Assembly (NCBI GenBank): GCA_003170415.1 | Contig: PMZJ01000041.1 | Coordinates: forward strand, 22,520 to 86,519 | Reading direction: 5' to 3' | DNA: 64,000 nt | DNA from: Phycisphaerales bacterium | GTDB lineage: Bacteria; Planctomycetota; Phycisphaerae; Sedimentisphaerales; Anaerobacaceae | Part shown: positions 53,903-63,202 of the stretch, in pieces | How the letters are laid out: each line of letters opens with the position of its first letter | Numbering within the stretch: the first letter of the stretch is position 1 | Position numbers and translations under genes: made by a program | Notes under the pieces: generated by a model | Seen by the model: only the letters and a program-made list of their open reading frames with translations | The model's database searches: none | Told to the model about the DNA's origin: nothing

Positions 53903-56900
53903 ATGAGGATTTTAGGTGATATCACAATCGTTCTGACGCTGGCGTTGATATCTGCGTTTTGCAGTCAGGCCACGGCCGCCCCGGCAAGTGAACTATTGCA
54001 AAAGGGGCTTTACGCCGAAGAGGTTGAAGGCAACATTGATTCGGCTATTAAAACTTACGGGGAGGTAATAAAGAAAACGGATGCCCCGCGCAACCACGTA
54101 GCCCAGGCCCTTTACCGGCAGGGTATGTGTTACCTGAGAATAAAAGACGAGCAGGCGGCAAAAACAGCGTTTGAAAAGCTGGTCAACGAATACGCCGACC
54201 AGACCGAGATGGTACAGAAAGCGCAATTAGCGATGGATGATTTGATGGATTTTGACCCGGCCGCTTTAATGCCTCCCGGTACACTTATTTATGTGGAGCT
54301 TGGCAGCCCCGGTAAACAGGTTGAGACAATCCTCAATATGCTCAAGGGCACGCCCTACGAGAACCCGCTTGCCGCCATAGGAAATCAGAATACAGCCAAC
54401 CCCAACCAGAAATCGGCCGGGGATATTGTCGGCGCGCTGCTCAACCCCAGTATGATGGCCGAATTCAAAAAAATTCGCGGCTCTGCAATCGGGATAACCG
54501 GCGTCGCGAAGGGTAATCAGCCTATGATTGCGGTGCTTTATCCCGGCAAGAGCGACGCCCTGCGAGGCCTGATTATGGCGGGATTAAATATGGCGGGAAC
54601 GCCTGGTGAACCGATTGAGGGTATGCAGACCATCAATATTCAAAATGCTGCCACCGCGGCGTACGATGATAAGGTGATTATAGTTGCTACTTTGCCCGAC
54701 CAGCTCAAGTGGGTCATCAGGCAATATAAGGGGCTTACCAATGAGCCGACGCTCGCTTCGAGCAACGCTTCATTCGCAAAAATAAATAAAAAAACGAGAC
54801 ACGACAATCTCCTGACCGCCTGGGTGAACGTCGATGAGACCTATACGAAGGTGCTGCAATTATTTCCCGCTGGCCAAATACCAAAACAGATTTTTCTGGT
54901 CGATGCCATCGTTGACTTCAATCACATTGATTACATAACTATGACTAATTCGATTGAGCAGGACGGCTTTGCTGACACGACCGAAATCGTATTCAAAGAT
55001 GGTCATCACTGTTTGGCATACGATTTGATTCGGACTCCCAATATAAACAAGGCGGCGCTTTCGGCGGTCCCTCCCAACGCCGTTGCCATCGCGACTTTTG
55101 CCCTGTCGGCCGACAATGAAAACCAGGCAGGCGCTGTACGCGCGCAGATTAAAAATATCAGCGGTCTTGATATCGGCAGAGAGATTTTTGCCAACATCGA
55201 GCAGGTTACTGTCTTTGCTGTGCCCGCCAAAACCCCAAGCGCGTTTTTCCCGGCATCCATTGGACTGGCGATTACAAGTCACAATCCTCAGCAGACGCGC
55301 CAGATTCTCGCAAAGACCATCGGCACCGCCGACGCAGTGTTCACCGGCCGGCCCGTGGCTGACGCTAATTCATTCGGCGGCAAATACCAGATTGGCTCGG
55401 TTCAAAATAACCCGTTGTATTGCTATGTCGAACAGGCGGGCAAGGTTACTGTTCTTTCACTGAATCCCGATATCACGCAGGCCTCGGTCACGGCGATTAA
55501 AGACCACAATAGCGTCTGTAACGCCGGGCCGCTTAGCGATGCTGTCGCCAAAATGCCCGCCAGCGCAAGTAAGATGATTTTGCTTAACGCCGGCGGCACC
55601 ATTCGTCTTGCTGCACCGGCGATAATCGAATACATAGGAAAAGAAAACCGTGATACGCTTCAAAATAATTTCGAACAACTCGCGCTGGCCTGCGACAAAT
55701 CAACCATTGAGCTTCGCACCGATGAGCAGCTCAACAGCTTCACCTTCAACAGGAAACTAACGGGATTGCCTCCGCTGAATCAGCTCTTTGGCCCGATTAC
55801 TCAAATTGCCCAGACCATAAAACAAACCAAGACCGAAGCCGTTGCTGAAACGGCTCGAAGGCAGGCGGGCATCGCCATAAAGCAAGCGCCTGTCGCGCCG
55901 GTCATTGATGGTGTCGCGGATGCCGCTTGGTCGGCTGCCGACAAAATAAAACTGACTAATGTGATTTATAAGCCGGTTTCCTCGCCGAACGACCTTTCGG
56001 CTGATTTCAAAACGATGTGGGACCAGAACAATCTTTATCTGTTCGTTGATGTTACCGATGATGTGCTCAAGAATGATGCCGTTAATCCATGGGAGAATGA
56101 TGCTGTCGAGGTTTATATCGACGCTACTAACAGTAAAGCCGCTTCATACGGCCCGACCGATTATCAATATATTTTTATGTGGGATAAGACGTCGCCAAAA
56201 ATCTATGAAACCAAACACCAGCGAATCGAAGGTGTCCAGTATGCAATGGTGACTACGGATACCGGTTATCGACTGGAAATCAAGTTCCCTTGGTCAACAT
56301 TCGGCACAAAACCTCACGTAGGCGCAAAGATTGGCCTGGATGTTCACGTCGGCGATAACGACTCCGGCGGAAAACGCGATAGAAAATTAACCTGGCACGA
56401 TACGCAGGAAAAAGCATGGGAGAACCCGCAGTTCTTTGGAAATGCCGAGTTAGGCGGACTCCTCGGCTGGTGGAAGCTCGACGAAAAAGGCGGCAATACC
56501 GCCGCCGACAGTTCCGGTAACGGCAACGACGGCACACTGATTGGCAGCCCCGTCTGGCGGCCCCAGGCAGGCAAAATCGGCGGAGCGCTCGAATTTAGCG
56601 GCAAGGGTGATTACGTCAAAATTGCCAACGAATCCGCATTCAACATTACCAGCCAGATAACAGTCGCCGCGTGGGTTAATATAATATCTGTCCCACAGGA
56701 GTGGACCGGCATTGTCACCAAGGGTGACACCGCCTGGCGGTTTTCTACGAGTTTTGCTAACAACGTGTTTCATTTCGGCACTGCCCGCGAGGACTATATT
56801 AACGGTAACGCCACTGTCGGTTCGGGCCAGTGGCATCACGTTGCCTGCGTTTATGATGGCTCAAAGATGAGCATTTATGTTGACGGCAAGTTAGATGTTT

Positions 56901-57064
56901 CGCGGCCGCAGTCAGGCCCCATCGCGACCAATAACTTCCCCGTTTGCATCGGCGAAAATATCGAGCTGACGGGGCGATATTTCAACGGTCTCATTGACGA
57001 TGTCCGCATTTATAGTTACGCGCTTTCGGAGAATGAAATTGCGGCTATCGCCGCCGGTAAATAA
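53903..57064 (+). CDS. large secreted protein: N-terminal TPR-like region, CBM9/DOMON-like module, C-terminal LamG domain
   Basis: Signal peptide. APVIDGVADAAWSAA...WENDAVEVYID (CBM9-like). WWKLDEKGGNTAADSSGNGNDG...LIDDVRIYSYALSENEI (LamG). Confidence 0.68.
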   Translation: MRILGDITIVLTLALISAFCSQATAAPASELLQKGLYAEEVEGNIDSAIKTYGEVIKKTDAPRNHVAQALYRQGMCYLRIKDEQAAKTAFEKLVNEYADQTEMVQKAQLAMDDLMDFDPAALMPPGTLIYVELGSPGKQVETILNMLKGTPYENPLAAIGNQNTANPNQKSAGDIVGALLNPSMMAEFKKIRGSAIGITGVAKGNQPMIAVLYPGKSDALRGLIMAGLNMAGTPGEPIEGMQTINIQNAATAAYDDKVIIVATLPDQLKWVIRQYKGLTNEPTLASSNASFAKINKKTRHDNLLTAWVNVDETYTKVLQLFPAGQIPKQIFLVDAIVDFNHIDYITMTNSIEQDGFADTTEIVFKDGHHCLAYDLIRTPNINKAALSAVPPNAVAIATFALSADNENQAGAVRAQIKNISGLDIGREIFANIEQVTVFAVPAKTPSAFFPASIGLAITSHNPQQTRQILAKTIGTADAVFTGRPVADANSFGGKYQIGSVQNNPLYCYVEQAGKVTVLSLNPDITQASVTAIKDHNSVCNAGPLSDAVAKMPASASKMILLNAGGTIRLAAPAIIEYIGKENRDTLQNNFEQLALACDKSTIELRTDEQLNSFTFNRKLTGLPPLNQLFGPITQIAQTIKQTKTEAVAETARRQAGIAIKQAPVAPVIDGVADAAWSAADKIKLTNVIYKPVSSPNDLSADFKTMWDQNNLYLFVDVTDDVLKNDAVNPWENDAVEVYIDATNSKAASYGPTDYQYIFMWDKTSPKIYETKHQRIEGVQYAMVTTDTGYRLEIKFPWSTFGTKPHVGAKIGLDVHVGDNDSGGKRDRKLTWHDTQEKAWENPQFFGNAELGGLLGWWKLDEKGGNTAADSSGNGNDGTLIGSPVWRPQAGKIGGALEFSGKGDYVKIANESAFNITSQITVAAWVNIISVPQEWTGIVTKGDTAWRFSTSFANNVFHFGTAREDYINGNATVGSGQWHHVACVYDGSKMSIYVDGKLDVSRPQSGPIATNNFPVCIGENIELTGRYFNGLIDDVRIYSYALSENEIAAIAAGK

Positions 57065-57075
57065 AGGGGCACGAT

Positions 57076-59109
57076 TTGAAATTCGGCTCAGGCCTTATCA
57101 CCGGGCGTAATCAATTACAGTGGGTCGTACTGCTGGCGGTAGCGGTAGTGCTGCCCACTGTAAGTTTGCTTTGGTTTATGAGCAGGGCGGTTTCTAACGA
57201 ACGGTTAGTCATAAGGGAGAAATTAGCCGCCCTTTACCAGGATAAACTCGCACAGGCCGGCCAAAAGGCCGCCGAGACCTGCGCCGCTAATATAAGCATC
57301 CTCGATAAAACAGGACAGAACGCAAATCCATATTCGCTTTTCAAGCAACTTGTGCTTGAGCAGAATTTCGAAGGCGTGGTTGCCTTTGACTCGAAGTCAG
57401 CGGTTGTATATCCGGTGCCGGGTGACATAATTGCAGACACGGCTCAGCAGGATAATGACTTAGCAGCCGCCCGCCAGCTTGAATTCACCAACAGGCAATA
57501 CGCCGATGCCGCGGAAAGTTACGGCAGGTTTGCAGCCGATAAGGACCCCCACATTGCGATTACGGCCATTGTGGGTAAAAGCCGGTGTTTATATAAGCTC
57601 GGCCGGCTTGACGAGGCGATAGAAGAATGCCAAAAAGCAGCTTTTACGCCTTTGGCTAAAAATGCGGATACCGCGTTGTTTGTCGCTGTTCAAAACGCCC
57701 GATTGTTTCTTCTGGATTTGCTCAGGAATGCTAACTTGCAATCAAGGACTGAGCTTGGGCAGCGAACAGTCAACGAATTGATTGCCGACCTCTATAATGT
57801 CCCGGCAATACCGTCGAACAGAAACCTGTTTATCACGAAAAAGGTTCTGCAGGCCATAACAGATATGCCGTCGTTCGAAGACAAAGCGATGCTCGCAAAG
57901 GTCAAGCAGCTTTCAAGATTGGTTGCCGCCGAAGAGCTTTCCATTTCCGTTGCTGAAAACACATCGCTTATCCGAACGCTGCCCGACAGACCATCGGATA
58001 CTTTCTTTCGAATTGGCGCCGGCTACGGTTTTTATCACAGGACTCAATCAACGACTCTGCTGGTTTTATTTTCCGATAATGCAATCGCATTGGCTCTTGC
58101 CGGTTATGAAGACACATTCAAGGATTCTGATTCGGCTTATCGCATAATAGATGCTTCGGGCGATTTTGTCGCAGGTCTGGCAAAGCCGACGGGCAGGCCT
58201 TTCGCAACCGCTCCTCTGGCTGATTGTTTTCCGGGCTGGAAAGTGGAATTATATTTCAAAGGAAGCGAAATTTTTGATAAGGCAGCCGACAGGCAAATCG
58301 CTATTTATATCTGGACCGGCGCGCTTGTGATATTGCTTATTCTTGTCGTTGGCGCCTTTGCCGCCCGCGCTATAGGCAGACAAATCCGCCTCAACAAAAT
58401 GAAAAACGACTTTATCGCAACCGTCTCTCATGAGCTGAAGACGCCGCTGTCCTCGATGCGGGTACTCGTCGATACCCTGCTTGAAGGCAATATTAAAGAC
58501 GAGACGCAGACCGAGGAATACCTGCGAATGACAGCCAGGGAAAACGAACGGCTCAGCCGGATGATTGATAATTTCCTGACCTTCTCGCGGATGGAGCGAA
58601 ACAAAAAGGCCTTCGCGATTGTCCCGGCAAGCCCCGCTGCGATTGCAAACGACGCGGCAGAAGCGGTCAGGACAAAATATGCGGCGCATAATTGCCAGTT
58701 TGCGATTGATATCGCGGAGAATCTGCCCGAAATATCAGCCGACTACGACGCGATGGTTACTGTCCTTGTCAACCTTTTGGACAATGCCTGCAAATACACC
58801 GGCGACCAGAAGCAAATCACGCTGAAGGTCTTCGCTGAAAAGGATAGTGTCTGCTTTGCGGTTTCGGATAATGGCATCGGTCTTGCCCACAGGCATATTC
58901 GTAAAATTTTCGACAGCTTCTATCAGGTCGATAACTCGCTTGCGAGGAAAGCCGAAGGTTGCGGACTGGGCCTGAGTATTGTTAAATTTATTGTCGATGC
59001 CCATAAAGGCAAAATATCTGTCGATAGCAAACCCGGCAAAGGAAGCACTTTCACGGTCGGGTTGCCAATTGGACGAAATAATAAAAATGGAAACAGTGCT
59101 CATAATTGA
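57076..59109 (+). CDS. sensor histidine kinase
   Basis: H-box FIATVSHELKTPLSS, N-box LLDNACKY, G-boxes DNGIGL and GLGLSIV. Two TM segments flank a large sensor domain. Confidence 0.88.
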   Translation: MKFGSGLITGRNQLQWVVLLAVAVVLPTVSLLWFMSRAVSNERLVIREKLAALYQDKLAQAGQKAAETCAANISILDKTGQNANPYSLFKQLVLEQNFEGVVAFDSKSAVVYPVPGDIIADTAQQDNDLAAARQLEFTNRQYADAAESYGRFAADKDPHIAITAIVGKSRCLYKLGRLDEAIEECQKAAFTPLAKNADTALFVAVQNARLFLLDLLRNANLQSRTELGQRTVNELIADLYNVPAIPSNRNLFITKKVLQAITDMPSFEDKAMLAKVKQLSRLVAAEELSISVAENTSLIRTLPDRPSDTFFRIGAGYGFYHRTQSTTLLVLFSDNAIALALAGYEDTFKDSDSAYRIIDASGDFVAGLAKPTGRPFATAPLADCFPGWKVELYFKGSEIFDKAADRQIAIYIWTGALVILLILVVGAFAARAIGRQIRLNKMKNDFIATVSHELKTPLSSMRVLVDTLLEGNIKDETQTEEYLRMTARENERLSRMIDNFLTFSRMERNKKAFAIVPASPAAIANDAAEAVRTKYAAHNCQFAIDIAENLPEISADYDAMVTVLVNLLDNACKYTGDQKQITLKVFAEKDSVCFAVSDNGIGLAHRHIRKIFDSFYQVDNSLARKAEGCGLGLSIVKFIVDAHKGKISVDSKPGKGSTFTVGLPIGRNNKNGNSAHN

Positions 59110-59776
59110 AGATGACCCCACGATGCTGCGGGGTCTCAAAGACAACTTTGAGTTCAAGGGCTACAAGGTGCTGACCGCCTCCGATGGCGAAAAAGGCCTC
59201 GAATCTGCCCTTAACGCCAAACCCGATTTGATACTCCTCGACATTATGCTCCCTAAAATCAACGGCTACGAAATATGCCGGCTGATTCGTGAAACGAAAC
59301 TCCGGATGCCGATTATTATGCTGACCGCCAAAGGCGAAGAATCGGATATCGTGCTGGGCCTCAACCTCGGCGCAGACGACTATGTCACCAAGCCATTTAG
59401 TATTAAAGAGCTTCTCGCCCGTTCCGCCGCCTTTTTACGGCGCGCAAAAAAAGAAGTCCAGGATATCCACGAATTCGGCTGCTACCGCCTCGACATATCC
59501 GCAAGACGGCTGACGCGGAAAGGAAAGGAAATCGAGTTGTCGCCCAAAGAGTTCGACCTTCTCGAATTTTTTGTTACAAAGGCGGGCCGTGCGCTTACCC
59601 GCGATGAGATATTAAACGCCGTATGGGGATATGATTGTATCGTTACTCCGCGAAGTATCGACCGATTCGTAACTACGCTGCGTGATAAAATCGAACCAAA
59701 CCCTGCCCGGCCCGTTTTCATTCACACCATAAGGCAAATCGGCTACAGATTCGAACCTCCTGAATCAAAACACTGA
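59087..59776 (+). CDS. OmpR-family response regulator
   Basis: Receiver domain VLIIEDDP...DLILLDIMLP...LTAKG, plus a winged-helix output domain. ATG at 59087 overlaps the kinase stop by 23 nt. Confidence 0.92.
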   Translation: METVLIIEDDPTMLRGLKDNFEFKGYKVLTASDGEKGLESALNAKPDLILLDIMLPKINGYEICRLIRETKLRMPIIMLTAKGEESDIVLGLNLGADDYVTKPFSIKELLARSAAFLRRAKKEVQDIHEFGCYRLDISARRLTRKGKEIELSPKEFDLLEFFVTKAGRALTRDEILNAVWGYDCIVTPRSIDRFVTTLRDKIEPNPARPVFIHTIRQIGYRFEPPESKH

Positions 59777-59926
59777 CGCTTTTCGGCAGTAAAATTTCTG
59801 TTGTTTTTATAGGTTTTTGCTGTGCAAGATGTTATGCTTGTACGGCATCGGTCTATGGATGACCGATGGTTATGCGTTCGAATCGTATCAGACGATATTT
59901 TTTCCCGCGGATAAACTGGAGAAATC

Positions 59927-61027
59927 ATGCCCGATTTCGTTACAGGCGTTGTTAAAAGAACTTCCAAAGGCAGTTTCGTTTTGCGTGATGCGGCTCGTTC
60001 ATTCAGGCCCGCAGGCCGTGAAGTGGTTGTGCCCCCATCGCTGATGCGTAAATGCGGTCTTGTCGAAGGCGCGGTGGTCACCGGCTCAGCCCGCATCGAC
60101 AGGGGGTTTGCCCTGCTTGAAAATGTCGAATCCGTCTGCGGCCTTACCGTCGAGGAATTCAAAAAGCGCACCCCCTATCAGCAGCTTACCGCGGTGTCCC
60201 CCTATCAGCGGTTCGACCTTGAAAAATGCGGCGAGCTTTCGATGCGCATCGTTGACCTTGTCGCCCCTATGGGCAAAGGCACCCGCGGCCTCATCGTCTC
60301 GCCCCCAAAGGCCGGCAAAACAACCCTTCTCGCCCAGCTCGCCAAAGGCATCCTCGCCGACGACCCCAAGGCCCACATTATCATTCTGCTCATCGACGAG
60401 CGGCCAGAAGAAGTTACCCAGTTAAAACGAGGCATCCCCGGCGCAACGGTTGTCGCATCCTCAATCGACCAGACCATCGACGACCATGTTGAGCTGGCCG
60501 AAATTCTTCTGGCGTATATCAAAATACAGCTTGAATGCGGCCGGGATATTGTCGTCCTTGTCGATTCTATCACCCGCATGGGCCGCGCGTTCAATCGCAA
60601 AGGTACAGGCACAGGCCGAATGATGTCAGGCGGCCTTGAGGCGGGCGTTCTTGAAATTCCCCGCCGGTTTCTCGGAATGGCCAGAAAAATCGAAAACGGC
60701 GGCTCAGTTACAATCATCGCCACCGCCCTTATCGATACCGGCTCGCGAATGGACCAGCTCATCTTCGAAGAATTCAAAGGCACAGGCAACAGTGAAATCA
60801 TCCTCTCCCGCTCCCTCGCGGAAAGCCGCATTTTCCCTGCTATCGATATCCCCGCCTCCGGCACACGAATGGATGAGCAGCTCTGGGGAAAAGCCGATTG
60901 TAAAAAACTCGCCAACCTCCGCAGGGGCCTCTCCGGCCAAAATCCCGCCGACGCCATCAATACCCTCACTGCCGCACTCCGAAAATACCCCACCAACGCC
61001 GAACTCCTAAAAATTATACCGGGGTAA
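59927..61027 (+). CDS. rho: transcription termination factor Rho (short form)
   Basis: RIVDLVAPMGKGTRGLIVSPPKAGKTTLL Walker A, preceded by an OB/CSD-like RNA-binding region. 366 aa. Confidence 0.9.
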   Translation: MPDFVTGVVKRTSKGSFVLRDAARSFRPAGREVVVPPSLMRKCGLVEGAVVTGSARIDRGFALLENVESVCGLTVEEFKKRTPYQQLTAVSPYQRFDLEKCGELSMRIVDLVAPMGKGTRGLIVSPPKAGKTTLLAQLAKGILADDPKAHIIILLIDERPEEVTQLKRGIPGATVVASSIDQTIDDHVELAEILLAYIKIQLECGRDIVVLVDSITRMGRAFNRKGTGTGRMMSGGLEAGVLEIPRRFLGMARKIENGGSVTIIATALIDTGSRMDQLIFEEFKGTGNSEIILSRSLAESRIFPAIDIPASGTRMDEQLWGKADCKKLANLRRGLSGQNPADAINTLTAALRKYPTNAELLKIIPG

Positions 61028-61090
61028 TGTGGGCGGGACGAACCACTAACCACTATCGACTTTCTAATCTCTCGCGCAGCGCGGCAGGGT

Positions 61091-61528
61091 CTATCGTGAT
61101 TTCTTCTCTGCGCCTGTCTTCACAAGATACTTTGTCAAAAAGTCCTCTATCGCCATCACCGTCGCGTTCCTGACCGCCGGCGAGCTCTGTGCGACCCATA
61201 CTGTAAAATTGTAAAGTTCTTTCTCATCGACAGCCAGCCATTTGCCGTTATTGTATAGAAAAACAAACAGCGTCATCATTGCGACTCTTTTGTTGCCGTT
61301 TTGAAATGGATGGTTCTTTATCATCAGGTAAAACAAAATCGCGGCTTTTGCAATAAACGTCGGATACGGCGATTTGCCGCCGAATCTTTGAAATGGGACC
61401 GCCAGACAGCTCTCCAGCGAACCGGGAAAGCGAGTTGAATACTCGGGAATCGGCTCATCAAAACCAAGTTTCTTTTGAGCGAGCCGAAACGCAATACGCT
61501 CAACTTCCTCAAGTGTAATTTCTTTCAC
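61091..61528 (-). CDS. doc: Fic/Doc family toxin (death-on-curing type)
   Basis: HPFQNGNKRVAMMT Fic/Doc motif in a 145-aa ORF. Overlaps the upstream small HTH gene. Confidence 0.85.
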   Translation of the reverse strand: MKEITLEEVERIAFRLAQKKLGFDEPIPEYSTRFPGSLESCLAVPFQRFGGKSPYPTFIAKAAILFYLMIKNHPFQNGNKRVAMMTLFVFLYNNGKWLAVDEKELYNFTVWVAQSSPAVRNATVMAIEDFLTKYLVKTGAEKKSR

Positions 61529-61767
61529 TACTCACGCCCCAACAGCCGAAATGTCTCGCCGTATTCCTTGAGTGCCTTGCTAATGGCAGCGTCAAGCCGT
61601 CTTCCGTCTTTTTCGCTGAACGGCTTGGCTCTGAACGGTATTGCATAGTTCCTGCCGATTTTCCTGGCTTTGATTTGCCCTTTTTTGACCTTGCGATAGA
61701 CCGCTATCCTGCTGATGCCCAGAATCTTCGCCATCTGCGGAATTGTCAGATATTCCTGTTTATTCAT
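61528..61767 (-). CDS. excisionase/MerR-type HTH protein, putative antitoxin
   Basis: LTIPQMAKILGISRIAVYRKVKKGQIKARKIG helix-turn-helix in a 79-aa ORF. 1-nt overlap with doc. Confidence 0.7.
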   Translation of the reverse strand: MNKQEYLTIPQMAKILGISRIAVYRKVKKGQIKARKIGRNYAIPFRAKPFSEKDGRRLDAAISKALKEYGETFRLLGRE

Positions 61768-61784
61768 ATTTATAGTTATCGTCC

Positions 61785-61838
61785 GTTAACCATTGCACCT
61801 TTAGTTAACCAATGTTAGCCTGATACTATTATGTTAAC
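61785..61838. promoter_or_regulatory. three GTTAAC-centred palindromes, candidate operator of the HTH-doc operon
   Basis: GTTAAC at 61785-61790, 61804-61809 and 61833-61838 (the last within ATGTTAACAT), all within 75 nt upstream of the start at 61767. Confidence 0.4.
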
Positions 61839-62063
61839 ATAATCCTGTACGCTCTGCAAAGAAAAACACCGGCATTTTATCCACCTTCGGCGCCATCCGA
61901 ATTACGATATACTAACGACTATCAACTAACGACTTTCCTGTATAGGCATTAGCGAAATCTTAAATAGGCAAACTGCCTATGACTCCCTAATTATCGGGTG
62001 GACGATGATTATTATATTGTTCATAACGACCTGGTTATTCGGGTAGGTTTTAAGGAGCATAAA

Positions 62064-62306
62064 ATGTCGTGCTTAGTATTAGAAAGAGACGGGACGGTTG
62101 GGGTCTTCTACAGCATAACAAGCACAATTGATGATAAATTTGGTGATAATGTCCGGCCGGAAACTTCCCCGATGATTGCTTCGCTGACAAAGGTTCGCAG
62201 AAACAAGGTTATCCGGCTTCGCCGGCAGTTCGCACGCGGCACATACGACCTCGATGAGCGGTTGGATGCCGTTCTCGAACGTATTCTTATGGACATTACC
62301 CCTTAG
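62064..62306 (+). CDS. small protein with FlgM-like (anti-sigma-28) C-terminal segment
   Basis: AAGGAG lies 6 nt before ATG 62064. C-terminus VIRLRRQFARGTYDLDERLDAVLERIL resembles the FlgM C-terminal helix pattern. Confidence 0.45.
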   Translation: MSCLVLERDGTVGVFYSITSTIDDKFGDNVRPETSPMIASLTKVRRNKVIRLRRQFARGTYDLDERLDAVLERILMDITP

Positions 62307-62505
62307 GACAATATTTGTCCGTCTTCCGTTTTCGAGCCACGAGCGACGAAATCCGTCCTCCGCCTTCTCCCTTTAAAATATGGCTTCTAAGCAAATAGAG
62401 CCGCAATTTAAGTAATTTGCTTATTACATCAATAAGAATAATCTGCCATATTCAGGCAGTCGAAACCGGTTTGTAATGGTTCGTTATTTTGAAAGGGAAA
62501 CTAAA

Positions 62506-62812
62506 ATGCGAATGCTGATTCATGTCAAAATACCTAATAAGGAATTCAACGCTTATGCCAAAGATGGTTCTGTTGGGCGGAAAATAAAACGCATATTAGA
62601 TGATATCAGGCCCGAGGCCGTGTACTTTACCGAAATATGACGGGCGGCGAGGCGTAATCATCATCGCTGATGTCGCAGGGCCTTCCGCGGTGCCTAAGAT
62701 AGCTGAGCCGTGGTTCCTGGTATTCGACGCGGAAGTGGAATTCCACATCGTTATGTCGCCAGATGACCTTGAAAAAGCAGGCCTCGATAACTTGGCTAAA
62801 AATTGGGCGTAG
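62506..62812 (+). pseudogene. small conserved hypothetical gene split by a 1-nt frameshift
   Basis: Frame A 62506-62640 ends ...EAVYFTEI*. The frame offset by one base continues YDGRRGVIIIADVAG...AEPWFLVFDAEVEFHIVMSPDDL to 62812. Junction is at the AAA run 62633-62635. Confidence 0.5.
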
Positions 62813-62928
62813 ATACATTTGTAATATTTCCAATTGGCTTTAGCGAAGATGGCTTGATGATTTAATGTCTTCTTCGCGGAATCCGCCTGCCTGCACTCGC
62901 ACGTCGTTGGCGGGTGTCCTCTCGGAGC

Positions 62929-63009
62929 GTAGCGCAGACCCCAGACTTTGATCTGGGGCCCAGGATTGTCTTTTCAACTTTCTACTATCGACTGCTCAAA
63001 TTTCCCGCG
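62929..63009. repeat. copy of a dispersed element; inverted partner at 8873-8940
   Basis: Core 62971-63009 TTTTCAACTTTCTACTATCGACTGCTCAAATTTCCCGCG matches the reverse complement of 8873-8911 at 37 of 39 positions. Both copies also carry GTAGCGCAG. Confidence 0.85.
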
Positions 63010-63202
63010 AATTGCCTGTCCGCTATACGCTATACGCTGAACGCTGCTTCGTGGTGAATCTTCTTGCCTCCTTCCCATTTTCCCGATATACTCCCATCTT
63101 ATGGCAGGAATCGGCCTGTGGAGAGAATTACACCTTCGACCATCAGCATCGCCGCCCCCTGCCCCTGACCAATAAAAACTTTATAAGAAAAAGGAGTTAT
63201 CA

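Noticed and set aside
8873-63009. The 54-kb segment between the inverted 39-nt cores as a composite transposon or genomic island
   Set aside because: The interior carries core genes (addAB, gsp cluster, trxAB, trpS, rho) and no transposase or integrase. Additional diverged copies of the element exist, so a dispersed repeat family is more likely.
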